DNA of 64,000 nucleotides from an uncultured Planctomycetia bacterium (GTDB lineage Bacteria; Planctomycetota; Planctomycetia; Pirellulales; S012-138): NCBI GenBank assembly GCA_963809785.1, contig CAWEKV010000003.1, positions 209,959 to 273,958 of the forward strand, read 5' to 3'. Shown piece by piece: positions 9,199 to 18,656 of this stretch (position 1 is its first letter; each line of letters starts with the position of its first letter). The notes under the pieces were generated by a model. It saw only the letters and a program-made list of their open reading frames with translations, ran no database searches and was not told where the DNA came from. The position numbers and the translations under genes were made by a program.

Positions 9199-12100
9199 CT
9201 ACGGTTGTTGTCCCGCCCTGATCTCCCCGCCTTGTCGCCGGCTGCACTCCAAGCAGTGTGGAAGCAATTGCTGAGGGCCACCACCACGGTTCAGGGCATT
9301 GGGCGGCTGATGGTCTGGAACGAAGTCGCCGGATTTCGTGCCGGGGTCTTTTGTACCGCACGTATGACATCCGGTCCGGCGACCAATGTCATTGACCTGG
9401 CGTCGTTCAGCGGCCGTAAAATCTCTCCCTGGACCACGAGCAGGAATGGACTCACCGGAGTGCGGCCCTGGTCTCAAAGTAGATGGTCTCGACGTACTTG
9501 GAGGCCCACCTTGGAAGGACTCCCCCATGATTCTGACAGAGCCGGGCGAGTCGCTCTTTTCCCCGGGATGCAACCTTCCCTGAGCTTTTAGGGTCGGCAG
9601 ATAGTCGTTGTAAAATGAGCCGCCGGGGCTGGACTTCGGGCGAACAACGACGACCGGTGATCTGCCTCTACCAGTTCTATCGCGCCGGCCGAAGGACGCC
9701 ATAATGTCCCAGCCGTTTTTGGAATATTCGTGATGCCAAAATGCTCGCCAGCCGTGTTGCCTCACGAGCTCGCGATCGTGGTAGAGTCCATATTCATATG
9801 TACCGGGTATGGGACCAATTCGAGCCTCCGGCTTCGGCGGTGGAGCGTCTTTAAGCCGGATCCGCTCTTGTTCCTCCTCAGCATGCCGCCTAGCCACAGC
9901 CTCCCTGAGATCTTTCTCATAAAGCTCGGTGCCCAGGTCCTCGAGGCACAGATTCAGAAAGTCGAGTCCACGGAGATGGCGTTCGTATGCTTCGGCAGAA
10001 AGAGTTCCGTCTCTTATTCCCTGCTCGATGGCGCGATACCGTTGCGCAATCTCTTCAGATATCGCTGCCGCTTTGGTGGGATTGCTGCGGAAGGCGGCCT
10101 CCCTTCTGCCTTGTGCGGTGATCTCTTGAGCGCGAGATCTCCAATCCAGGCCGCTCGGATCGGTTGCGTTTGTCGGGCCGTTGCCGACCATCCGAGCCAG
10201 ATTGGTATCGCCGGCACTGAATCCGATCGGGTCTTCTTTGATCCAACGACCGGTCGCCGGGTCGAAAAACCGCCGGTCGTGCAGCTGCATGCCGGTCTCT
10301 TCGTCGCGCTCGGCGCCTTGGAAGCCGCCGAGGTGGTTGACCGCGGCGTTGGTCTCGCTGGTCACCTTGCCGAAGGCGTCGTAGGTGATGTGGTTGACGA
10401 CGCTAGAACCCGTCGTGTCGATGATGTCGCGGACGGAACCGAGGTTGTCGGTGAGCGGCCAGAGGACGCTGCCCACGGACGTGGGCATCTGGTTGGCGCC
10501 GGTCGGCGTGAACTGCTCGTCGGCCAGGATGTTGTCTTCCCCTGGACCGTGCAGGTAGCGGTTTGTCAAAGAGCTATGGCCGTTGAAGGCGAGCTGGATG
10601 TCCCAGCCGCCGTCGTAAACGTATTCTACGCCGACTGCCGCTCCCGCTCCAGCACCGTCCGCATCGATCGACTTCTTGATCCGGCGGTCGAAGACGTTGT
10701 AGGTGTAGATCGCTTCCTTCGTGACCGTGCCGGAATTGTTCTTGAAGGTGACCTTGGTGAGGCGGTTGTGGTGGTCCCAGGTGTATTCGGTGAGGTAGTC
10801 GTCGGCCGCGGCGCCCGAGATGCGCGTGCGGGTCAGGCGGTTTCCTTCGTTGTCGTAGGTGTAGTTGAAGGTGCCGTCGGACGTCAGGCGATTGTTCGTG
10901 CCGGTCGTGTAGCCGGTCATCGTCCGATTGCCGTTTTCATCAAACGCGTACGCTTCGTCCGTCTGGAACGAGTGGTCGGTGGCGGTGAGCTGGTCGGTAT
11001 TGTCGTAGGTGTACGTGCTGCTGCCATTTTGGCCGACCAGCGACGTGAAGCTCTTGCTCGTCAGGCGGCTATGGGCATCGAAGGCCCAGGTGTAGCTGGC
11101 GAACGTTGTAGCGTTCTTGGCGTGCGCGAGATTCGTCAGCCGGCCGATCCCGTCGTAGGTGTAGTCGGTGCTTGCGGCCAGGTTGCTCGACCCGCCGGCC
11201 AGGGCCCAATAGCGATCGATATCGGTGGTCTGCCCGGCGGCGTTGTAGGCGAAATCGACGCGCTTCTGATGGACCGAGTGGCCACCGGCCACGCCGTTTT
11301 GCTCGAGCCTGGTGAAGTGCCCGAGGTTGTCGTAGGTGTAGCCGGTCCAGAAGTCATCGACGAACGAGCCGCCGCCGACAGCGATCTGGCTGGAGAGCTT
11401 GGTGCGGCGTCCGGCCGCGTCGAATTCTTGCAAGAGCTTGACCTGCGGGCCGCCGTTATTGGACTGGATCAGCGTCACCCGGCCCAACGAGTCGTAGGTG
11501 TAGGTGTAGGACGAATACGTGTCGCTGGCCGAAGTCAACTGGCGGGCGGCGTTGTAGGCGAAAATCTGCGTGTTGATCGTGGCGGCGCCGTTCTTCCAGC
11601 GCTCTTCGATAAGGCGCTGGAGATTGTCGTAGGTGTACTCCGTCACGCGGCCGTTGCGGTCGGTTTTCTTCGTGAGACGGCCGGCGGCGTTGTATTCGAA
11701 CGTTCGCGCGTGGCCCAGCTCGTTCGTCTCGGTGAGGACGCGGTTCAGCCCGTCGTAAGCCCAGACCGTGTCGTTGTTCACCGGGTCGGTGAGCTGCGTC
11801 AGGTTGCTGGCGGCGTCGTGATGGTAGGTCGTCGTCGGACGGCCGAGCGGACCGGCGCCGTCGGGATCGGGCAAGAGGTCCTTGGTCTTGCGGTGGAGGT
11901 GGTCGTATTCGTAGTTGGTGGTCTTGCCCAGGGGGTCGGTGACGCCCGTCAGGTTGCCGGCGACGTTGTGGGCATAGGTGCTCGAGGGTGCCGCCAGCGG
12001 CCCGGCGCCATCGGGATCGGGCTGAATGACTCTCTTCAGGCGGCCGAGGTGGTCGTATTCGTAGCTGGTGACGCGCGACAACGGATCGCTGACGCTCGTG

Positions 12101-12303
12101 AGCTGGCTGTCGGCGTCGTACACGTAGTTCGTCTGCGGCGCCGTGAGCGGGCCAGCGCCGTCCGGGTCGGGCTGGGTCACGCGGGTGAGGCGACGCGCGT
12201 TGTCGTGGAGATACGTCGTGACGTTGCCCAGCGGGTCGTTCTCGCTGGAGTCGTAGTCGTAGAGATGCAGCGGCGCGGTTTTAACTGCGAGGAATGGGCA
12301 ATT
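9199..12303 (-). CDS. Rhs/YD-repeat protein, 5'-truncated shell plus C-terminal toxin tip
   Basis: Dozens of YD repeats are present (e.g. DPLSRVTSYEYDHLGRL, DPLGKTTNYEYDHLHRK, GRVTEYTYDNLQRL). The Rhs core end is RFFDPATGRWIKEDPIGFSAGDTNLARMVGNGPTNATDPSGL. The frame is open up to a stop at 12304-12306, and the first possible start is GTG 12178-12180. YD-repeat sequence (LHLYDYDSSENDPLGNVTTYLHDNARRL) precedes that GTG, so the N-terminus is missing. Confidence 0.9.
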   Translation of the reverse strand, partial: NCPFLAVKTAPLHLYDYDSSENDPLGNVTTYLHDNARRLTRVTQPDPDGAGPLTAPQTNYVYDADSQLTSVSDPLSRVTSYEYDHLGRLKRVIQPDPDGAGPLAAPSSTYAHNVAGNLTGVTDPLGKTTNYEYDHLHRKTKDLLPDPDGAGPLGRPTTTYHHDAASNLTQLTDPVNNDTVWAYDGLNRVLTETNELGHARTFEYNAAGRLTKKTDRNGRVTEYTYDNLQRLIEERWKNGAATINTQIFAYNAARQLTSASDTYSSYTYTYDSLGRVTLIQSNNGGPQVKLLQEFDAAGRRTKLSSQIAVGGGSFVDDFWTGYTYDNLGHFTRLEQNGVAGGHSVHQKRVDFAYNAAGQTTDIDRYWALAGGSSNLAASTDYTYDGIGRLTNLAHAKNATTFASYTWAFDAHSRLTSKSFTSLVGQNGSSTYTYDNTDQLTATDHSFQTDEAYAFDENGNRTMTGYTTGTNNRLTSDGTFNYTYDNEGNRLTRTRISGAAADDYLTEYTWDHHNRLTKVTFKNNSGTVTKEAIYTYNVFDRRIKKSIDADGAGAGAAVGVEYVYDGGWDIQLAFNGHSSLTNRYLHGPGEDNILADEQFTPTGANQMPTSVGSVLWPLTDNLGSVRDIIDTTGSSVVNHITYDAFGKVTSETNAAVNHLGGFQGAERDEETGMQLHDRRFFDPATGRWIKEDPIGFSAGDTNLARMVGNGPTNATDPSGLDWRSRAQEITAQGRREAAFRSNPTKAAAISEEIAQRYRAIEQGIRDGTLSAEAYERHLRGLDFLNLCLEDLGTELYEKDLREAVARRHAEEEQERIRLKDAPPPKPEARIGPIPGTYEYGLYHDRELVRQHGWRAFWHHEYSKNGWDIMASFGRRDRTGRGRSPVVVVRPKSSPGGSFYNDYLPTLKAQGRLHPGEKSDSPGSVRIMGESFQGGPPSTSRPSTLRPGPHSGESIPARGPGRDFTAAERRQVNDIGRRTGCHTCGTKDPGTKSGDFVPDHQPPNALNRGGGPQQLLPHCLECSRRQGGEIRAGQQP
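9202..10146 (-). other. Rhs C-terminal toxin domain (315 aa after DPSGL), HNH-like nuclease motif at the extreme C-terminus
   Basis: It follows the DPxGL cleavage motif at 10147-10161. The last ~60 aa read GCHTCGTKDPGTKSGDFVPDHQPPNALNRGGGPQQLLPHCLECSRRQGG, i.e. CxxC...DH..P..N...CxxC, the beta-beta-alpha-metal (HNH) arrangement. Confidence 0.5.
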
Positions 12304-12620
12304 TCAATAGATTGGTAAAGATTGCCTTAGAGATTGCTGAGTCTCGACGTGGAGCAGGACTGCACCCGGCCGTCTTCCCCAGGCAGCGGGAGATCGTAGG
12401 CGGGATACACGCCGGCGAGTGCCGCTTGAACGGTTCGGGGAGTGGCTCTTGTTGCTGCGTTCCGGTCGCCGTCTTCCGTATGTGTCACTTTTTGAGAGGT
12501 GCTGGAGAGCAGACAATGCAGCGGAAGTAATTGCGCATACTGCACTTAGCAGTGGCAGAAGGCGAAGATGGGCTTGGCCCGTGGCGATGTGGGCGGGTGG
12601 GGCGGGTGGCCCCCCGCACG

Positions 12621-12670
12621 CGAAGCAGAGCTTCGTGACTTGCGTTCCCAAGCGGAGCTTGGGAACGAGG
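12621..12670. repeat. Repeat family A, right half
   Basis: cgaagcagagcttcgtgacttgcgttcccaagcggagcttgggaacgagg is nearly identical to 54410-54455. Confidence 0.85.
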
Positions 12671-12837
12671 ATTCTACTGAATAAGGACCACTGCCAGAAA
12701 CCTTCCGAAAACACCCATCGATTCGTGTCATGCGGGGCTTTAGGCTGACGCGTTCCTTATGCAATACTATCCGCTCAAGGCCGAGCGACAGCTTCTGGTG
12801 CTTCAATCCGCCGCCGTTAAGTCGCAACGGGTCAATC

Positions 12838-13787
12838 ATGGCATCCGCCGGCAATCCGCCCACCGCAAATCGCCCGATCCGCCGGCCCTTTCGTGCGGCC
12901 GTGCTTCGGGGGCTGGGCGGCCTGCTTCCGCCGCTCTTGACGGTGGTGTTGATTGTCGCCCTCTATGGGATGGTCCGGGAATACGTGTTGCTGCCGCTGG
13001 AAAACAGCGCCAACTGGATTCTGGCCAGTTGGCAGGCGAGGTCGATCGTGGCGGGAGACGCCGATGAAGACTCCCCGCCGGATTGGAGGAAGATCGAGGG
13101 CAAGTGGTACCGCCGGGCCAGCGACGGGCGTTACGTTCCGGAGCGGATTTTCGCCACGGTGCGGAACGAGGAAGGACTGCGGACGGCGGAGTCCTACACC
13201 GCCCGGCGACTGTGCGAGCGTTACGTGGACTACATCTACCTGAGGGGATATCTCACGATGCCGGCGCTGTTGGCGATCTTTGTGCTCGCCATGTATTTCT
13301 TGGGAAAGCTGCTTTCGGGCGCGTTCTGCCGCTGGCCTGGCGCGGTGTCGAGCACCTGATCCGCAAGGTGCCGCTGGTGAGAAACGTTTACTCGTCGGCG
13401 CAACAGGTCACGGCCTTTCTGCTGGCGCGGCGGGCATTGGGGGATGGCGAGGTCGTTGCCGTCGAGTATCCCCGCCCCAAGATGTGGACGCTGGGATACG
13501 TGACGAGCGACGGCTTGAAGGACGTTGCCGACGCCGCCGGAGAACCAATGATTTCGGTGCTGGTCGATACGTCGCCCGTTCCGTTCAACGGGTGGACTTG
13601 CATGGTGCCGCGGCGGCACGTTGTCGAGCTGGATCTGACGATCGACGAGGCGCTGCAATACGTCATCAGTTGCGGCGTGATCACGCCCCGCGCAGGCGGC
13701 AAAGACAAAGGGCCGGCGACACCGACCCCGAGAGCCAACGAGGGAGAGCTCGGCTCCCCGGAGAAGAAGGAGGACAACCACGAATAG
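12838..13787 (+). CDS. DUF502-family membrane protein (one frameshift)
   Basis: ATG 12838: MASAGNPP...LRGLGGLLPPLLTVVLIVALYG. After a shift at ~13320 it reads RGVEHLIRKVPLVRNVYSSAQQV...VVAVEYPRPKMWTLGYVTS...PVPFNGWTCMVPRRHVVELDLTIDEALQYVISCG, which matches the DUF502 pattern as I remember it. Confidence 0.7.
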
Positions 13788-13862
13788 TACGAATAGCACG
13801 AATGAAGATGCGGCGCCACGTCCCCTTTGCTTATAGTCGTGTTATTCGTGCGATTCGTGGTT
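13777..13862. repeat. Repeat family C (CACGAA/TTCGTG-rich inverted repeat)
   Basis: accacgaatagtacgaatagcacgaatgaag ... cgtgttattcgtgcgattcgtggtt. Related to 21324-21382 and 22612-22650. Confidence 0.65.
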
Positions 13863-14136
13863 GCTCTTCTTTTTTCAGCGCCGTCCAGGTGACGGGCCCC
13901 CTTCGAGTCGGTCTGCGGCATTGAGCGACTCGGAGTCCGGGCGCTTCCCTCGCCGGCGGTTCGTGTCGTACGCGTGACACACAAATGCTTGCGTTCGCCG
14001 CCGGTCCTGTGAGACAATGTTGGCTCAAAGCACCCAATCTCGCACCGCGAGATGAACCGCTCGCGGGCGAGGGGTCTGTAACCGGAGCGGTCTAACCGGA
14101 AGGTTTAGCTTCATCCATCTCTCTGGAGCATCGCCC

Positions 14137-15699
14137 ATGACACGTCATTCGCACAGCCATCTGCACGCCAACCGTCGCGAGTTCTTGGGCAATGTCGGAC
14201 GAGCCATGCTCGTCGCCAGCGTCGGCACTTCGCTCGGGCACGAGTTGGGTATCTCGACGGCGCTGGCCGACGACGACTCCAAGCGACTCAGCTTCGGCAA
14301 GCTCGAGCCGCTGGTGGCCTTGATGCAGAGACACTCCGCCGCAGAAGCTGCTGCCCATCCTGGTGGAAAAGCTCAGCGGCGGCACCGACCTGAAGACGCT
14401 CACCGCGGCCGGTGCGCTGGCCAACGCCCGCACGTTCGGCGGCCAGGACTACATCGGCTTCCACACGTTCATGGCCTTGGCCCCCGCCTATGAGATGGCC
14501 CGGGAGCTGCCGAAGGACCGGCAGGCCCTGCCGGTGCTCAAGGTGCTGTACCGCAACGCCAGCCGCATCCAGGCCTCGGCGGCAAGGCCAAGGAAGTGCT
14601 GCACCCCGTGCGTCCCGCCGACGGCAAACAGGCCGGCGGGCCGGAGCTGCAGGCCGCCGTTCGCGAGGTCCAGTGGGACGACGCCGAGGCGATGTTCGCC
14701 GTTTGGCCGATGAGCCGGGCGAGGCCTTCAACCACCTGCAATTCGCCGTCGAGGACGAAGTGGACGTGCACCGCGTGGTGCTCTCCTGGCGGGCCTGGGC
14801 GATCCTGCCGCTGACCGGCCAGGAGCACGCCCACACGCTGCTGCGGCAGTCGCTGCGGTACTGCCTCGACATGGAGCAGCGGCGCAAGGCGCGGGGCCAC
14901 CAAGGCTCGCCAGTTCGCCAGGTGCTGCCCAAGCTGCTGGACCAGTACAAGCTGCTGGGCCGCGCCATGGGCGACCGGAAGGCCGACGACGCCTGGATCG
15001 ACAAGCTGGCCCGCACGATCTACGCGGCCTCACCCGCGGCAGGCCGCCGAGGCGGCGGCCGCCGCCGCTGGCCGAAGGCTTCTCGCCGGAGGCCATCGGC
15101 GAGGCGATCTCGCTGGCGGCCAACCTGCTCGTCCTGCACGATCCGGGCCGCGTGGATTACACGACCAACGACAAGCCGCGCGGCAGCGTGCACGGCGATT
15201 CCGTCGGCGTCCACGCCTCGGACGCGGCCAACGCCTGGCGGAACATCGCCCGCGTCAGCAACCAGCGCAACGGCTGTGGCCAGCCTGATCGTCGGGGCGT
15301 ACCACACCGCCGGGCAGACCGGCAAGCAGATGAAAGAGCCGTATCCCACGGCCGAGCACCTGGACCTGGTGAAAGTCAAGGACGCGGCCGCTCTGCTGCG
15401 CGAGGCCGAATCGGCGATCACCGGCAAGGACCAAGCCCGCGCCTGCGGCGGCGATCCACCGCTACGGCCAGCTCAACGAATCGCCGCGGCCGGTCTTCGA
15501 CCTGCTGCTGCGCTACGCCACCAGCGAAGACGGGGCGCTGCACGCGGAGAAGTACTACCGCACGGTGAGCGAGGAGTTCGGCGTCACGCGGCCGGCCTTC
15601 CGCTGGCGGCAGCTCGTGGCCCTGGCCCGCGTCACCGCCAGCGAGTACGGCCAACCGGCCCCCGGTTACGAAGAAGCCTGCCGGCTGCTGAAGGTGTAG
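14137..15699 (+). CDS. Tat-signal hypothetical protein (~520 aa), frame broken at least 6 times
   Basis: MTRHSHSHLHANRREFLGNVGRAMLVASVG is a twin-arginine signal. Continuity runs across ORFs 14137, 14363, 14596, 14412, 15152 and others: ...FGGQDYIGFHTFMALAPAYEMAREL..., ...NHLQFAVEDEVDVHRVVLSWRAWAIL..., ...SVHGDSVGVHASDAANAWRNIA..., ...LLRYATSEDGALHAEKYYRTVSEEF..., with stop TAG at 15697-15699. No family recognised. Confidence 0.6.
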
Positions 15700-15708
15700 C
15701 CCGGTGCC

Positions 15709-15834
15709 GGCGAGCGGCGGGCGTAAGCCCCCTGATAAGCGTTGCCGTTTGGCTGTGCCAGTTTACGCGCAGTTAGCGGTTCCGGTGCACCATATACTGC
15801 CGCGTCATCAGGGGGCTGACGCCCCCCGCTCGCC
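15709..15834. terminator. Repeat family E: long inverted repeat between convergent genes (possible bidirectional terminator)
   Basis: The arms are ggcgagcggcgggcgtaagccccctgat (15709-15736) and atcagggggctgacgccccccgctcgcc (15807-15834). They are ~25/28 complementary, with a ~70-nt loop and no T-tract. Confidence 0.4.
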
Positions 15835-15851
15835 TCACCGCCTCACGTGCC

Positions 15852-17123
15852 TTACTTGATCGCGGCGATCTTCAACAGCGTGAACGGGTAGATGATCGTC
15901 ACGTAGACCGTGTTATCGCGGCCCACGATGAGCGCCATGTGACTGTACATCGGCGTCAGCGTGCCGTCGGGCAGTTTATGATAGCCGTGGCTCCAAGGGG
16001 GCGGCTTGCCGTCGGCACGCGGTCCGAAGTTGAAGAAGCCGGGGTTTTTCACCGCCAGCACGCCCAGGTCTTCCATCTTTCGACCCTTGGGATCGAACCG
16101 CGTGAGGTGGTGCAGGTACCCACCGCCGAACCTGGTCTCGTTGTCCACGCGCACCACGGCATACACGCGGCCGTCGGGAGCGATGTCCAGCCCGCAGCGG
16201 CAATCGGGGTTTTTGCCCTCGATCATCCTGCCGAGGCTGCGAGCGGGAATCGTGTCGCTCGTGCTGCCCAGGTCGAGCTCGATCAGCGTGGCGTCGCTCA
16301 TCAGAATCAGATAGGCCGTGCGGCCGTCCGCCGCCAGTTTCCAGGTGGGGATCGGCGCCTTGGCCCACTTCTTGCCGTCCAGCAGGATGTCGCGCGTGGT
16401 CGCCTTGCCGCTCGAGGGATCGTACGTCGCCAGCCGCGCATCGCCGGTCATCGTGTGGGCTCGGCCATCTTTGGCCACGAGCGTCGTGGCGTAGGGGGTC
16501 GGCTCAATGCCCAGGTCGCGGAACGCCTTGCTCTTTACGTCGTAGGTCATCCATCGCATGGGGTCTTTCTCCTTCACGCGCTCGACGACCAGGTAGATGA
16601 GGCCGCGCGACTCGTCAGCCACCACGTCACCCAGGCCGTAGCCCTTCATCGGCATGCCGAGGTTCTCGGCCTTGTCAGTCTTGGGGTCGTAGGTCATCAC
16701 GTAGCCGCCGGGGAACTCCTGTTTGTCCCCCTCCTTGGCATAGCCCTGCTTGCTGCCAACGTAAATCTTGCCTGATGGGCCGACGAAGTTCGGCGTGTGA
16801 ATCTTGGCCTGCGCGGCAAAGCCGGTGGCCGAGACGCCGCACGTCTTGTGCGTATCCAGCACGATCCGCTGCCTGGCCGTCTTGGGATCCAGCTCGACGA
16901 GAAACGAATTGACGCCGTATTTCGCCGTGCCGACGTAGACCTTGCCGTCGAGCCCTTCGCAGAGCGAGAAGTAGCCCGATTCGTCGCTGTGGGTCTCCGG
17001 CAGGATGTGATAGGCGGTGCCCCAGACATAGGGGAACGGGGGTTTGGCGGGCGTCTGTGCCGGGACACCCGGGGCTGCAAGCAGGAGCACCGCGCCGGCA
17101 ACCGCAAGGCAGGAACACTTCAT
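15852..17123 (-). CDS. Secreted beta-propeller-like hypothetical protein (intact)
   Basis: ATG 17121-17123 gives MKCSCLAVAGAVLLLAAPGVPAQT (signal peptide). Recurrent DGKVYVG / SGKIYVG / DGRVYAV blades are present. The ORF is uninterrupted; its maximal start is 17162. Confidence 0.7.
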   Translation of the reverse strand: MKCSCLAVAGAVLLLAAPGVPAQTPAKPPFPYVWGTAYHILPETHSDESGYFSLCEGLDGKVYVGTAKYGVNSFLVELDPKTARQRIVLDTHKTCGVSATGFAAQAKIHTPNFVGPSGKIYVGSKQGYAKEGDKQEFPGGYVMTYDPKTDKAENLGMPMKGYGLGDVVADESRGLIYLVVERVKEKDPMRWMTYDVKSKAFRDLGIEPTPYATTLVAKDGRAHTMTGDARLATYDPSSGKATTRDILLDGKKWAKAPIPTWKLAADGRTAYLILMSDATLIELDLGSTSDTIPARSLGRMIEGKNPDCRCGLDIAPDGRVYAVVRVDNETRFGGGYLHHLTRFDPKGRKMEDLGVLAVKNPGFFNFGPRADGKPPPWSHGYHKLPDGTLTPMYSHMALIVGRDNTVYVTIIYPFTLLKIAAIK

Positions 17124-17190
17124 GGCTGACCTCGAAGTCCAAGGCTCATCGATGTCGGGCACGTTTGGAAACGTGCCCCACGTGGCCGCG

Positions 17191-18596
17191 TCAATCGACC
17201 ACCATCTCCAGCGGGTTCGTCAGAGTCTTCTGCCAGTCCAGCAGCTCCTGATACTTCCGCGCGGGATCGGCGTGCAACTTGAAGACCACGACGGCGCTTT
17301 GCTCGGCATAGAGCGAGCCGGCGCTGACCGTCGTGGGCAAGTAGCCGGCGCGATAGACGAGCGGCCGCACGAAGTAGAGGAAGTTCGCCGGGCTGCCGCG
17401 GCCGTGCTCGTCGTAGTCCCGCAGATAGAAGTGCGCCTGTTCGTCGGCCGCGTGGCCGGTGCGCTTGCTAAGGTTCGTCTGGCCCAGGACCACTAGGGCG
17501 ATGCCGTAGCCCTTGCGCTCGTTGGCCAGGGCCAGGCAGGGCACGTCCGGCGGGAGCTTGGCGATGTCTTTGAACGACTTGTCCTTGTCGTTGTAGTCGT
17601 AGGCCGGCGCGGTGTGCAGCTTGCCGTCCTTGGTCATCCACACCGCCGTATCGAACTGGTGCCGCGAGAAAACCAGCTCGGCATTGCGCACGGTGTGCAG
17701 CGCGAGGTCTTCGCGGAACTCCGTTACGGATTGCACGCCCACCACCGGCGATCCGGCGTGGAAGGTGTAGGTCACGCTGACGTCCACCTCGGGAGCAAAC
17801 GGCATCCGGCCCCACCGCGTCTGGCGGTAGAGCAGCGGACCGCGCCATTGGCGATAGAAATACGGATACGTCTTTTCGTTGCCTGGGGGCAGCGCGTCCG
17901 GCTTGTGCCCGAACGCCGTCGGAGCGTTCCAGTCCGACGTATGGCCCCAGTTGCGTCCGGTCGGCCAGACATCCGGGTTCCAGTGAAAGGGCAGCTCGCC
18001 GCGCTCCTTGTGCTGAAGGAACACGAGCCGGTCCGGGCTGACCATCTTGGGCGTGAAGCTGAGCAGTTGCCCCGAGGGCTTGTGCAGCTCGAAGACGGCC
18101 GGGCCCGTGTCGATGGCCAGGCCCGGCTCGGCCCCGGTGATCTTGAGGGCCCGGTCGCCGGCCGCGGCGGCGGCGCTTCCAAGGCTACGTTGTAGGTCGC
18201 GCTGCCGCCGGCCGTCACATCGGCCAGGAAAGCGATTTGCACGAAAGCCTGCGGCACCGGCGCGAACGAATCGGTGGCCGCCTGGGGCGTCACGCCGAGC
18301 ACCTGATAGGGCACCGCGGTCGTGCTTCCGCCCGCCACGCGAAACAGCCGGATCGCCGCCGCATCCTTGAGGGCGTCGCGCTCGAAACGTACCGTGACCT
18401 CAATCGGCGTGGCGGAACGAGCGATGCCGGCGCGTTCGGATACGGTGATCGTGCGAGTTCGCTTGGCGGTGTCCTGCTGTTGTGCCGGCAGTGGCGCTGC
18501 GAGCGCCGCCAACGAGAACACCGCGCTGGCGCAAAGCGGCCAGATGGCATGGTATCGGCTCCTTAAGGTAGAACTGTGGCATGCTATTGGCCGCAT
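17191..18596 (-). CDS. Secreted hypothetical protein (one internal frameshift)
   Basis: ORFs 17772-18596 and 17191-18045 join at ~18170. The junction reads ...ATYNVALEAPPP then ITGAEPGLAIDTGPAVFELHKPSGQLLSFTPKMVSPDRLVFLQHKERGELPFHWNPDVW. A strong AAGGAG sits 8 nt before ATG 18548-18550. That ATG is 1 nt out of frame with IWPLCASAVFSLAALAAPLPAQQ, so the real start is probably 18550 with an indel just after it. Confidence 0.6.
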
Positions 18597-18656
18597 CGCC
18601 CCAACGCCAGCGCCCAGGCCGGCGCCGAGCGGCTGATGGCTGCGCCGAGGAGGCCC

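Noticed and set aside
9730-12318. 862-aa + strand ORF antisense to the Rhs gene
   Set aside because: It is a shadow ORF typical of high-GC DNA. Its composition is Val/Gly/Arg/Asp/Ala-rich and low in complexity with no motifs, whereas the opposite strand encodes unmistakable YD repeats.
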